From assembly GCA_963706045.1 (NCBI GenBank), contig CAVPLY010000002.1:159134-223133 (forward strand): DNA of 64,000 nt. Direction: 5' to 3'. Position 1 is the first letter of the stretch. Each line of letters begins with the position of its first letter. Origin of the DNA: an uncultured Actinomycetota bacterium. GTDB lineage: Bacteria > Actinomycetota > Actinomycetes > JAHEKZ01. Under the pieces are notes generated by a model. The model worked only from the letters and a program-made list of their open reading frames with translations. It did not search any database and was not told the origin of the DNA. Made by a program: the position numbers and the translations under genes. Below are positions 27,014-36,113 of the stretch, in pieces.

Positions 27014-28423
27014 ATGGAACGCCTAGCAGGCCGCTACGACCTCGACTCCGAGGTGGCGCGTGGCCGTGGACGAACTCTCTGGCGCGGCCGCGACATCGTC
27101 CTCGATCGACCTGTGGGCGTCCTCTTGCTGGACGCCGGACACCCCCATTCCGCCGCGGTCCATCGCGCCGCTCTCCGCGCCGCATCTGTCGAGCACCCTG
27201 GGCTCCTCCGGGTGATCGACACCGCTGAAGATGAAGGACGCGTCTTCGTCGTCACCCGGTGGCTGGCGGGATCGCCGCTCAGCGAACAGCTCGCGGTTGC
27301 ACCCCTCGAAGGCGACGAAGCACGCAGGGTCGTCAAGACAGTTGCCGGTGCCCTCGCCGCCGCTTCCGAGGAGGGCCTGCACCACCTGGTGCTCGACCCC
27401 CGCGACGTTCTGATCACCGACCACGGCGTGGTCGTCGCGGGCATCGGCGTCCGAGCGGCCCTCGAGGGCGTGGACCCCGGCAACAATGCTGAGCAGGTCG
27501 ATGCGTGGCGGGTCGGTGCGCTGCTCTACGCCGCGCTCACCGCCAAGTGGCCGGGTTACCCGTGCGCCGGGCTCCCTGGTGCCCCTGTCGTGGCTGGACT
27601 GGTTGCACGTCCTCGGCAGGTGCGGGCAGGGGTACCCAACGATCTCGACGACGTGGCTTGGCGGGCGCTACAGCCCGATGTGCCGGACCCTCTGGAGTCC
27701 CCGGCCGCCATTGCCGACGCTCTCGACCAGATCGACTCGCCGGAGGTCGAGCCCACCGAAGCTCCAGCAGCACCCAGTGCCGCCTGGCGCTGGTTGGGCC
27801 TTGTCGTCGTCCTGATGTTGTTCTCGCTCGGCGCAGTCCTGGTGGCATGGCAGTTCTGGCAGAGGGCGGACCGGCCCGACGAGCCCACCGGAACCGATAC
27901 CAGTGCATCGCCCTCGGCCGCCTCCCCTGACACCGGAAACAGCGAGAGCGGCCCCCTTCCCGTGCGGCGAGCCACAGTCTTCGATCCCCTCGGTGACAAC
28001 AGCGAGAACGACGCCGACACCAAGCTGGCCATCGACGGTGACCCGTCAACTGCGTGGACGACCGTCACCTACGCCAGCCGCGACCTCGGCGGCCTCAAGC
28101 CTGGAGTCGGGCTCACGCTCACGATCGGTGACCAGCCAGTCAGCGGCGTCGAGCTGCGGCTGGTCGGACGCGGTAGTGACATTCAGGTGTGGGTGGCCCG
28201 TCCGCGAACCGATCCCAAGGGGGCGCCACCCAAGCAGCCTGACCCTGAGCAGCCACTGGCCGGCTATCGAAAGCTGGCGAGCGTCCGCGGAGCCAGCGAC
28301 CTCGTCAGCCTCCGCTTCTCACCAGCAGTCACGACCAACCGGGTCTTGATCTGGTTCACCGCGTTGCCCCCCGCCGGCGATGGCTACCAAGGCGGGGTTG
28401 CCGAAGCCGCGGTTCTGTCCTGA
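27014..28423 (+). CDS. Pseudokinase-domain membrane protein with extracellular C-terminal domain (MviN-associated type)
   Basis: 469-aa ORF with a kinase-like N-domain (RYDLDSEVARGRGRTLWRGRD...). It lacks the VAIK lysine (VGVLLLD), the HRD motif (HHLVLDPRD) and DFG (AGIG). A central TM (WRWLGLVVVLMLFSLGAVLVAW) is followed by a C-terminal region containing AIDGDPSTAWTT. Confidence 0.6.
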   Translation: MERLAGRYDLDSEVARGRGRTLWRGRDIVLDRPVGVLLLDAGHPHSAAVHRAALRAASVEHPGLLRVIDTAEDEGRVFVVTRWLAGSPLSEQLAVAPLEGDEARRVVKTVAGALAAASEEGLHHLVLDPRDVLITDHGVVVAGIGVRAALEGVDPGNNAEQVDAWRVGALLYAALTAKWPGYPCAGLPGAPVVAGLVARPRQVRAGVPNDLDDVAWRALQPDVPDPLESPAAIADALDQIDSPEVEPTEAPAAPSAAWRWLGLVVVLMLFSLGAVLVAWQFWQRADRPDEPTGTDTSASPSAASPDTGNSESGPLPVRRATVFDPLGDNSENDADTKLAIDGDPSTAWTTVTYASRDLGGLKPGVGLTLTIGDQPVSGVELRLVGRGSDIQVWVARPRTDPKGAPPKQPDPEQPLAGYRKLASVRGASDLVSLRFSPAVTTNRVLIWFTALPPAGDGYQGGVAEAAVLS

Positions 28424-28478
28424 CGGCTGTCCGGCAGGGCGCCCACGATTGGCTGACCGACTTGAATACGCTGCCCCC

Positions 28479-29114
28479 GTGACTCTGGAAGACCCGCGAC
28501 CCGACGCCGAGCTGCTGACTGCTCACGTCGCGGGCGATCCCACAGCCTTCGCGACGCTGGTGCGCCGCCACCGCGACCGGCTCTGGGCCGTCGCGCTTCG
28601 CACGACCGGCGACCCCGAGGAGGCCGCCGACGCGCTGCAAGATGCCCTTCTCAAAGCCCACCGCTCGGCAGACTCGTACCGCGGAGACGCGCAGGTCACC
28701 ACGTGGCTGCACCGTATCGTCGTCAACGCCTGCCTCGACCGGATGCGAAGGACGAGGGCGCGGCCCACGGTTCCGCTCCCCGAACATGACAGTGCCCACC
28801 CGGTCGAGCCGAGCGATCCACTCGGACGCCGCGAGCTCGCCTGGGAGATCGACCGGGCCCTCAGGACCCTGCCGGACGACCAACGTGCGGCCCTCGTCCT
28901 CGTCGACGTCGAGGGCTACTCGGTCGACGAAACGGCCCAGCTCCTGAAGATCCCTACCGGAACGGTCAAGAGCCGCTGCGCCAGGGGACGGGCCAAGCTC
29001 GTACCGCTGCTCGGGCACCTGCGGAACCGGCCGCCGTCCGACGACGTCCCACTACCGGACGAAGACCCCTCTCCGCCCCAGACCGACCAGCAACCCCCCG
29101 GAGCCGAACAATGA
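28479..29114 (+). CDS. ECF (group IV) RNA polymerase sigma factor, SigM-like by synteny
   Basis: In-frame GTG at 28479 of track ORF 28380-29114. Region 2 is FATLVRRHRDRLWAVALRTTGDPEEAADALQDALLKAHR and region 4 is ALVLVDVEGYSVDETAQLLKIPTGTVKSRCARGRAKL. Confidence 0.85.
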   Translation: MTLEDPRPDAELLTAHVAGDPTAFATLVRRHRDRLWAVALRTTGDPEEAADALQDALLKAHRSADSYRGDAQVTTWLHRIVVNACLDRMRRTRARPTVPLPEHDSAHPVEPSDPLGRRELAWEIDRALRTLPDDQRAALVLVDVEGYSVDETAQLLKIPTGTVKSRCARGRAKLVPLLGHLRNRPPSDDVPLPDEDPSPPQTDQQPPGAEQ

Positions 29115-30016
29115 GTCAGCACCACGACCCGGTGCACCCGGACTCCGACCACCTCACCCCTGAGGTGCTCGCCGATCTCGACCTCGGCCTCCTCGACGAT
29201 GCGTCAGCAGCACACGCCGAGCAGCACCTCGCCCACTGCACCGCGTGTGCCGAGCTGCACGCCGACTTCACCGAGCTCGCCAACGCCCTGCTGCACCTGC
29301 CGCCCGAGCCCATGCCCGACGACGTCTGGCACTCGCTGTCGGCCACCCTCGACGCCGAGCCCGTGGCCACCCCGGCCGGCTCAGCCACAGTTGTGCCCCT
29401 TGACACCGACCGCAAGCGTCGCTGGACCCGACCAGGTATCGGCCTGGTCGCCGGAGCAGCCGGCGTGGCCCTGGTCGGCGCCATCGTGGTGCCGAGCCTG
29501 ACGAGCTCCGGTGACGTCGCCAGCACGGCAGCCGACGGTGGAGCGTCTGCCACCGCCGACAGCGAGAGCGCGACCGTGCCGATGGAGGCATACGCAGCCA
29601 CCACGTCCGGCACCAAGTACCAAGAAGAGGCACTCGACACGCAGGTCACCCAGCTGGTCGCTGCGCGCTCCACACTCGACGCCGGTGAGGTCTCGGGCGA
29701 TGACCTGACCACGGGGTCGCCTTCGTCGACCCCGACCAGCAGCACGATCCCGACCGAGCAGCAAACGCCGGGCGGGAAGACCTCGGTCGCGGCCATGGCC
29801 ACCGATCCGGCGGCTGCGCAGGCGTGCCTTGAGGAATACCTGAAGGTTCCCGGTGTCCAGCCGCTCGCCATCGACATCGGTACGTGGCTGGGCGAGCCAG
29901 CCGCAGTGATCGTGCTCCCCGCTGCCGACCCCAGCTCGGCGGAGGTGTGGGTCATCGATCCCGACTGCACGGGGCCCGACGATCCCTTGTTCTACTTCGC
30001 GACCGTCACCCGCTGA
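29111..30016 (+). CDS. Anti-sigma factor (zf-HC2 type, single-pass membrane)
   Basis: 301-aa ORF with a 4-nt overlap with the sigma gene. It has an HLAHCTACAELH (H-x3-C-x2-C) motif and a TM segment, GIGLVAGAAGVALVGAIVV. Confidence 0.7.
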   Translation: MSQHHDPVHPDSDHLTPEVLADLDLGLLDDASAAHAEQHLAHCTACAELHADFTELANALLHLPPEPMPDDVWHSLSATLDAEPVATPAGSATVVPLDTDRKRRWTRPGIGLVAGAAGVALVGAIVVPSLTSSGDVASTAADGGASATADSESATVPMEAYAATTSGTKYQEEALDTQVTQLVAARSTLDAGEVSGDDLTTGSPSSTPTSSTIPTEQQTPGGKTSVAAMATDPAAAQACLEEYLKVPGVQPLAIDIGTWLGEPAAVIVLPAADPSSAEVWVIDPDCTGPDDPLFYFATVTR

Positions 30017-30048
30017 GGGTGCGCAACACCTCACCCGAGAGCAGGACG

Positions 30049-30076
30049 GGAATGTCTGCGCCCCTAAACTCGGTTG
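30049..30076 (+). promoter_or_regulatory. SigH/SigR-type ECF promoter upstream of trxB-trxA
   Basis: GGAAT (30049-30053), a 19-nt spacer, then GTTG (30073-30076). This lies about 70 nt upstream of the trxB GTG and matches the GGAAT-N18-GTT consensus known for thiol-stress ECF sigmas, with one extra spacer nt. Confidence 0.5.
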
Positions 30077-30143
30077 AGGTTGTGGACGGCCCTGGCCCAG
30101 CGACCTGCCGTCAGACCTCCATCACACCCAAAGGAGCACAGCG

Positions 30144-31121
30144 GTGAGCGAGATCCGCGACGTCATCATCATCGGATCCGGTCCCGCCGGCTTCACCGCC
30201 GCTGTCTATACCGCGCGTGCCAACCTCGCGCCCTTGATGTTCGAAGGGTCGGTCACCGCGGGCGGCGCGTTGATGAACACGACCGAGGTCGAGAACTACC
30301 CCGGCTTCGCTGAAGGCATCATGGGCCCGGCCCTGATGGAAGAGATGCGACAGCAGGCGGTCCGGTTCGGCGCAGAGATTGTCAGCGACGACGTCGTCTC
30401 GGTCGATCTGGGCGGCGACGTCAAGCAGGTCACCGTCGGGTCTGGTGCGACGCACCAGGCAAAGTCGGTCATCCTCGCCATGGGTTCGGGATATCGCGAG
30501 CTCGGCCTCGACAATGAGAAGCGACTTTCGGGGCGCGGCGTCTCGTGGTGTGCAACCTGCGACGGATTCTTCTTCCGCGGCCAGAACATCGCGGTCGTCG
30601 GCGGCGGCGACTCAGCACTTGAAGAGGCCACTTTCCTCACCAAGTTCGCCGACTCGGTCACGGTCGTTCACCGCCGTGACGAGCTGCGGGCCAGCAAGAT
30701 CATGGCTGACCGAGCCACCGCCAACGACAAGATCCAGTTCGCCTGGAACAGCCAGGTGGCCGACGTCCTCGGCGACGACAAGGTGTCCGGGCTGCGGCTG
30801 CGCGACACCGCTACGGGGGCTGAGCGCGACATCGATGTCACCGGCCTCTTCGTCGCCATCGGACACGACCCGCGCAGCGAGCTCGTGCAAGGACAGATCG
30901 AGCTCGACGACGAAGGTTACGTGCTCGTGCAGGGGCGTTCGACTCTGACGAACATCCCCGGAGTCTTCGCCTGCGGAGACCTCGTCGACCACACGTACCG
31001 CCAAGCCATCACCGCCGCCGGCAGCGGCTGTGCGGCTGCGCTCGACGCTGAGCGCCACCTTGCAGCGCTCGAGGACGCCGCACTCGCAGGCGAGCGCCCG
31101 CTCGCTGACGCCACCGCCTGA
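30144..31121 (+). CDS. trxB: Thioredoxin-disulfide reductase
   Basis: 325-aa ORF (GTG start) with FAD motif [19 protein letters not shown] and redox centre CATCDG. Confidence 0.92.
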   Translation: MSEIRDVIIIGSGPAGFTAAVYTARANLAPLMFEGSVTAGGALMNTTEVENYPGFAEGIMGPALMEEMRQQAVRFGAEIVSDDVVSVDLGGDVKQVTVGSGATHQAKSVILAMGSGYRELGLDNEKRLSGRGVSWCATCDGFFFRGQNIAVVGGGDSALEEATFLTKFADSVTVVHRRDELRASKIMADRATANDKIQFAWNSQVADVLGDDKVSGLRLRDTATGAERDIDVTGLFVAIGHDPRSELVQGQIELDDEGYVLVQGRSTLTNIPGVFACGDLVDHTYRQAITAAGSGCAAALDAERHLAALEDAALAGERPLADATA

Positions 31122-31150
31122 CTTCCACCATCGACCGCAAGGAGACCATC

Positions 31151-31477
31151 ATGGGCCAGTCCACCATCACCGTGACCGACGCCAGTTTCGACGCCGACGT
31201 CATCAAGAGCGACAAGCCAGTGCTTGTCGACTACTGGGCTGAGTGGTGTGGTCCGTGCCGCATGGTGGCACCCATCCTCGAAGAGATCGCCGCCGAGCAC
31301 GCCGAGAAGCTCACGATCGCCAAGCTCAACGTCGATGAGAACCCGCAGGCCGCGGCCATGGCCGGCGTCACCTCCATCCCCACTCTCGCGGTGTACCAGG
31401 GCGGAGAGGTCGTCAAAATCATTGTCGGTGCCAAGCCGAAGCAGTCGCTGCTCTCAGACCTCGCCGACTTCATCTAG
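31151..31477 (+). CDS. trxA: Thioredoxin
   Basis: 108-aa ORF with active site WAEWCGPCRM. Confidence 0.95.
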   Translation: MGQSTITVTDASFDADVIKSDKPVLVDYWAEWCGPCRMVAPILEEIAAEHAEKLTIAKLNVDENPQAAAMAGVTSIPTLAVYQGGEVVKIIVGAKPKQSLLSDLADFI

Positions 31478-31587
31478 GCAGCCGGCGGGCTCGCCCGCTG
31501 CGGCCAGGTCGCGCTAGGGTCGCGGCTTCGCAGGGTTACCCTGGATTCGACCCTGTCCTGCCAGCGCCCGAGTGAGCCGGAGGTCTC

Positions 31588-32742
31588 GTGACACAACAGA
31601 CCTACCGGATCGGCGACCACGGTCCCGCCGTCACACAGATCCGCAACCACCTGTGGCTGCTGGGTCTGTTGCCCGGCGAGCCGGCGGATCGACCCGACGA
31701 CAACTGGGACGCCATCTTCGACGCGCGTATCGAGTCGGCCGTTCGCGCCTTCCAGCAGCAACGCGGGCTCATCTCCGACGGCGTGGTCGGGCCATCGACC
31801 TGGCGCCGACTCGACGGGGCTCGGTGGGGTCTGGGCGACCGGGTTCTTCGCTACGGCACTCGCCACATGCAACATGGCGACGATGTCACGGCCCTCCAGG
31901 AGCGCCTTCTCGATCTCGGCTTCGATCCCGGCCGCATCGACGGCATCTTCGGTCCGGACACCGAGCGCGGACTTAGGGAGCTGCAGCGCAATCTGGGAAT
32001 ACCCACTGACGGACTCTGCGGGCCGGTCACCTTTCGCTCCTTGGACCGACTCGCCCGCACCGTCGTCGGAGGCGAGCCGCAGCGCATCCGCGAGGCCGAA
32101 CGACTGCATCACCGCGGCCCTGGCCTAGCCGGCAAGGTCATCGTCATCGACCCAGGCCACGGCGGCCCCGATCGGGGCGTCTGCGCCGCCGGGCTCGCCG
32201 AGGCCGACATCGTTGCCGACATCGCCGCGCGCATCGAGGGGCGTCTTGGTGCCGTCGGCGTGACGGCCTTCCTCACCAGGGGCACCAGCGAGGACGCCCC
32301 CACCTTGAGCGAGCCTGAGCGGGCAGCGTTCGCCAACGATGTCGACGCCGACCTCGTGATTTCGCTGCACACCGACGGGCACGATAGCCCGCATGCTCAA
32401 GGCCTGGCCACCTTCTACTACGGCAGCAGCGGCGCGACCTCAACGCATTCGGTAATTGGCGAGGCCTTCGCTGATCTCGTTCAACGCGAGATCGTGGCAC
32501 GCACCGACCTGCTCGACGGTCGCTCTGACGCCAAGACCTGGGACATTCTGCAACGTACGCGCATGCCGGCGGTGCGTATCGACGTCGGGTACCTCACCCA
32601 TCCCGGCGACGCCGCCCGCCTGGCCGATCCCTCTTTGCGCGACACCATCGCGGCCGCGGTCCTCGTGGCGCTGCAGCAGCTCTACCAGCCGACCACCGAC
32701 CTGCGTCCCAATGTCGTCCAGGTGCCGACTGCCGTGAGCTAG
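31588..32742 (+). CDS. cwlM: N-acetylmuramoyl-L-alanine amidase family protein with two PG-binding repeats (CwlM-like)
   Basis: 384-aa ORF (GTG start) with two peptidoglycan-binding repeats (GDHGPAVTQIRNHL..., HGDDVTALQERLLDLGFDPGRIDGIFG) and an Amidase_3 start, VIVIDPGHGGPDRG. Its position after trxA is as recalled for Rv3915. Confidence 0.8.
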   Translation: MTQQTYRIGDHGPAVTQIRNHLWLLGLLPGEPADRPDDNWDAIFDARIESAVRAFQQQRGLISDGVVGPSTWRRLDGARWGLGDRVLRYGTRHMQHGDDVTALQERLLDLGFDPGRIDGIFGPDTERGLRELQRNLGIPTDGLCGPVTFRSLDRLARTVVGGEPQRIREAERLHHRGPGLAGKVIVIDPGHGGPDRGVCAAGLAEADIVADIAARIEGRLGAVGVTAFLTRGTSEDAPTLSEPERAAFANDVDADLVISLHTDGHDSPHAQGLATFYYGSSGATSTHSVIGEAFADLVQREIVARTDLLDGRSDAKTWDILQRTRMPAVRIDVGYLTHPGDAARLADPSLRDTIAAAVLVALQQLYQPTTDLRPNVVQVPTAVS

Positions 32743-32760
32743 AAGCCGAGCACGCGAGGC

Positions 32761-32910
32761 CTACGCGGCGTCGGGCCCCGGTGCCGGAGTGGGCGGCTGG
32801 TATCCGGTGGCGTCGATCGATCGCGGACGCCTCACCAACGAGACCACGAAGGCAGCGAGCGCTCCCAACCCAAAACCGATGGCCACCGCAGCGAACGTCC
32901 GGCGCGTCAC
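32761..32910 (-). CDS. Candidate 49-aa single-TM small protein, translationally coupled to parB
   Basis: Own translation: [49 protein letters not shown]. The GTG (32910-32908) overlaps the parB TGA (32909-32907) as GTGA. GC3 is about 80% by my count. It is below the track length cutoff. Confidence 0.4.
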   Translation of the reverse strand: MTRRTFAAVAIGFGLGALAAFVVSLVRRPRSIDATGYQPPTPAPGPDAA

Positions 32911-33923
32911 GAGTCGCCGCGCAGCGCCTGCGCCGTCTGCGGAGCGATGACGTCAACGATCCGCTCCAGATCATCGACGGAGGCAAAGGTGATGGTGATT
33001 TTGCCCTTCGTACGCCCGAGGTCGACGGTCACGCGCGTCTCCAGGGCGTCTGAAAGAGCAGCAGCCAGGTCTGCCAAAGCAGGGTTTCGTGGCCCTTTTG
33101 CCCGCTTTCGTGGTGTTTTGTCATCGTCACCGACCTCCCCAAGGGCGACGAGCTCTTCGACCGTTCGCACCGAGAGTCCCTCCGCGACGATCTTCCCCGC
33201 CAGCCGCTCCTGGTCCTCAGCGCTATCCAGCCCCAGCAAGGCCCGGGCGTGACCGGCCGACAGCACACCGGCCGCCACCCGTCGCTGCACGCCGACGGGG
33301 AGGCGCAGCAGCCGCAGGGTGTTCGACACCTGGGGCCTGGACCGGCCGATCCGCTCGGCCAGCTCTTCCTGGGTACAGCCGAAGTCACTGAGCAGCTGAC
33401 CGTAGGCGGCAGCCTCCTCCAAGGGGTTCAGCTGCGCCCGGTGCAAGTTCTCGAGCAGTGCGTCACGAAGCAGGACGTCGTCACCTGTCTCGCGCACAAT
33501 GGCCGGGATCGTCGTGAAGCCCGCCTGCTGGGCGGCCCGCCACCGACGCTCGCCCGCCACCAGCTCGAAGCGCTCAGCGCCAAGCGGGCGCACGACGATG
33601 GGCTGCAGCAGACCCACCTCACCGAGCGAGAACACCAGCTCAGCGAGTGAGTCCTCCTCGAAGACCTGGCGCGGCTGACGCGGGTTGGGCGTGATATGGC
33701 CGACCGGTATCTCGGCGTAGTGGGCCACGGGATGATCACTGGGGTCCGGCCTGTGCAGGATCTCGATCTCGGCGTCGTCGGCACGTGACGCCGATGGGGT
33801 GAGCAGGGCGTCCGCCACGATCTGCGAACCGCCTCCTGCAGATCCGACCCCTGTGCGAGTACCTGGCGCGCTCGGGATCAGGGCGCCGAGCCCCCGTCCG
33901 AGTCCACGCTTCTTGTCGGTCAT
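32907..33923 (-). CDS. parB: Chromosome partitioning protein ParB
   Basis: 338-aa ORF with [11 protein letters not shown], ParB-box residues IVVRPLG...[12 protein letters not shown], and an HTH region. Confidence 0.92.
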   Translation of the reverse strand: MTDKKRGLGRGLGALIPSAPGTRTGVGSAGGGSQIVADALLTPSASRADDAEIEILHRPDPSDHPVAHYAEIPVGHITPNPRQPRQVFEEDSLAELVFSLGEVGLLQPIVVRPLGAERFELVAGERRWRAAQQAGFTTIPAIVRETGDDVLLRDALLENLHRAQLNPLEEAAAYGQLLSDFGCTQEELAERIGRSRPQVSNTLRLLRLPVGVQRRVAAGVLSAGHARALLGLDSAEDQERLAGKIVAEGLSVRTVEELVALGEVGDDDKTPRKRAKGPRNPALADLAAALSDALETRVTVDLGRTKGKITITFASVDDLERIVDVIAPQTAQALRGDS

Positions 33924-34909
33924 TGCGAGGCACCGCTCTCTGCGCTCGGGGCCCGATGGGCCATTTCGCGGGCCGCCTCCACGTAGGACAGCGCCCCACT
34001 ACTGCCGGGATCGTACGTCAAGACCGTCTGGCTGTAGCTGGGCGCCTCCGACACGCGCACTGACCGCGGAATCGCCGTCGCGAGCACGACGCTACCGAAG
34101 TGTCGGCGTACTTCCTCGGCCACCTGCGCCGCCAGACGCGTCCGCCCGTCGTACATCGTCAGCAGGATCGTCGAGACGGCCAGGTCGGGATTGAGGTGCG
34201 CCTGGATCAGCTCGACGTTGCGGATCAGCTGGCCCAGACCCTCCAGGGCGTAGTACTCACACTGGATGGGAATGAAGACTTCCTGGGCCGCCACGAAGGC
34301 GTTGATCGTCAGCAGCCCCAAGGAGGGTGGGCAGTCGATGAAGACGTAGTCGAAGCGGCGCCCATTCCCGTCTTCCTCGTCCAGAAGGGCGCTCAGGGCG
34401 CGTTGCAGTCGACTCTCGCGGGCCACCAGCGACACCAGCTCGATTTCGGCCCCTGCCAGGTCGATCGTCGCCGGCACACAGGTCAGCCCGGGCACCGCCT
34501 CGACCTCGTGGATCGCCGACCTGAGTGGCTCCCCGTCGACGAGCACCTCATAGACGCTTCGCTCCCCAGCATGGTGAGGAACCGCGAGCGCGGTCGACGC
34601 GTTGCCCTGGGGGTCGAGATCGATCACCAGGACCCGGAGCCCATGCAACGCCAAGGCCGCTGCAGTGTTGACCGTGGTCGTCGTCTTTCCGACCCCGCCC
34701 TTCTGATTGGCCACGGTCAGCACCCTGGTGGAGGGCGGACGCGGCCACTCTTCCGTGCGGCCTCCACGTATCCGCGCAGCCGCCGCCGCGGCGGCGGCAA
34801 TGGGAGTCTCGTCGGGGTCGCTGGGCTCGTCTGTTTCACGTGAAACATCAGGATCGGCCGTGGTCAAGGGGTAGATCATCTCCGTGGCTGCCGGCTGGTC
34901 TTCGTTCAT
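33920..34909 (-). CDS. parA: Chromosome partitioning ATPase ParA (Soj)
   Basis: 329-aa ORF with deviant Walker [14 protein letters not shown] and an N-terminal extension of about 65 aa. Confidence 0.92.
   Translation of the reverse strand: MNEDQPAATEMIYPLTTADPDVSRETDEPSDPDETPIAAAAAAAARIRGGRTEEWPRPPSTRVLTVANQKGGVGKTTTTVNTAAALALHGLRVLVIDLDPQGNASTALAVPHHAGERSVYEVLVDGEPLRSAIHEVEAVPGLTCVPATIDLAGAEIELVSLVARESRLQRALSALLDEEDGNGRRFDYVFIDCPPSLGLLTINAFVAAQEVFIPIQCEYYALEGLGQLIRNVELIQAHLNPDLAVSTILLTMYDGRTRLAAQVAEEVRRHFGSVVLATAIPRSVRVSEAPSYSQTVLTYDPGSSGALSYVEAAREMAHRAPSAESGASQ
34832..34847. promoter_or_regulatory. parS centromere site (perfect 16-bp palindrome TGTTTCACGTGAAACA)
   Basis: Exact match to the canonical parS core GTTTCACGTGAAAC. 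It lies inside the 5' coding region of parA. Confidence 0.85.
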
Positions 34910-35562
34910 CTGTTCTCCCGTGCCGAGCCTGGGGCTCTGACGATACGCACAACCTGCGTCACGTCTGCCTCCTCCCCTACGGTCACGACCTCCCGGCCGA
35001 CCGCGCCGAGCCTATCGAGAGCTGGGCCAGCGGCGGCAAGTTCGTCCTCGGCTGTGGACCCTTTCAGGGCCAGCAGCACACCTCCAGGCCGCAGCAGCGG
35101 CATCGCCCAGCCCGCCAGCCGATCGATGGGGGCCACTGCCCTCGCCACAACGGCGTCGTGGCGAGGCAGTTGGCGGCGGTAGTCCTCGGCGCGCGCACGT
35201 ACCACCGTGACCCCTGCCAACCCGAGATCGGCCACGACCTCCTCGAGGAAGGTGGCCCGCCGGAGAAGTGGTTCGAGGAGGGTCATCGGTACGTCCGGCC
35301 GGAGCAGCGCCACCACGATCCCTGGCAGGCCAGCACCAGAACCCAGATCACAGACGCTCGCCCCCTTGGGGATGAAGGGATCGAGAACAGCGCAGTTCAG
35401 CACATGCCGCGACCAGATGCGATCCACCTCGCGGGGTCCCAGCAGGCCTCGCTCGACGCCTGGTCCCGCGAGCCAACCGGCAAACCTCTCGGCATCGGGC
35501 GTGGCCTTACCAAAAACGGCGACCGCGGAGGCCGGAGCTTCACGCGGTTTCACGTGAAACAT
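34906..35562 (-). CDS. rsmG: 16S rRNA (guanine527-N7)-methyltransferase RsmG (GidB)
   Basis: 218-aa ORF with SAM-binding motif DLGSGAGLPGIVVAL. Synteny is parA-rsmG-jag. Confidence 0.88.
   Translation of the reverse strand: MFHVKPREAPASAVAVFGKATPDAERFAGWLAGPGVERGLLGPREVDRIWSRHVLNCAVLDPFIPKGASVCDLGSGAGLPGIVVALLRPDVPMTLLEPLLRRATFLEEVVADLGLAGVTVVRARAEDYRRQLPRHDAVVARAVAPIDRLAGWAMPLLRPGGVLLALKGSTAEDELAAAGPALDRLGAVGREVVTVGEEADVTQVVRIVRAPGSARENR
35546..35561. promoter_or_regulatory. parS centromere site (GGTTTCACGTGAAACA)
   Basis: The core GTTTCACGTGAAAC at 35547-35560 is exact. It overlaps the rsmG start codon (35562-35560). Confidence 0.85.
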
Positions 35563-35591
35563 TGGGAGCAGGCGCCGGTCATGGGCCTCCG

Positions 35592-36113
35592 TCAGGACGG
35601 CTGCACCACGACATAGCGGTGGGGCTCTTGGCCTTCGGACTCGCTGGTCAGCCCGGCGGCGGCGACCGCGTCGTGCACGATCTTGCGTTCGAACGGCGTC
35701 ATGGGATCGAGCTTGACCGGCTCCCCGGAGTCCTTCGCCTTCTCTGCCGCCTCTGCACCCGCCTCAGTCAGTGCCGCGCGCTTGGCCAGCCGCCATCCGG
35801 CGACATCGAGCATCAGTCGGCTCCGTTCCCCGGTCTCACGCAGAACAGCGAGGCGGGTGAGCTCTTGCAGGGCATCGACGACCGCGCCCTCGTCACCGAC
35901 CAGGTGGTCGACGTCACCGCCGACCAACGAGACCATGGCACGTTCACCTTCCACATCCATGTCGATGTCGCCATCGAGGTCGGCGATGTCGAGCAGCTCC
36001 TCGATGTAGTCGGCTGCCACATCCCCCTCACGCTCGAGCTTTTGGGCGAGCGTGGGGGCGTCGCTGGGCTCCGGAGCCAACTTCTCGGCTACTGCCTCGG
36101 TCGCCTCGCTCAT
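35592..36113 (-). CDS. Jag/KhpB-type R3H RNA-binding protein
   Basis: 173-aa ORF with an acidic N-terminus and a KH/R3H-like C-terminus (MTPFERKIVHDAVAAAGLTSESEGQEPHRYVVV). Its position is downstream of yidC. Confidence 0.75.
   Translation of the reverse strand: MSEATEAVAEKLAPEPSDAPTLAQKLEREGDVAADYIEELLDIADLDGDIDMDVEGERAMVSLVGGDVDHLVGDEGAVVDALQELTRLAVLRETGERSRLMLDVAGWRLAKRAALTEAGAEAAEKAKDSGEPVKLDPMTPFERKIVHDAVAAAGLTSESEGQEPHRYVVVQPS

Noticed and set aside
25863-27185. 440-aa minus-strand ORF
   Set aside because: It is antisense to the NlpC/P60 gene, whose catalytic motifs are unambiguous on the plus strand. The sequence is Arg/Gly-rich and looks like nonsense.
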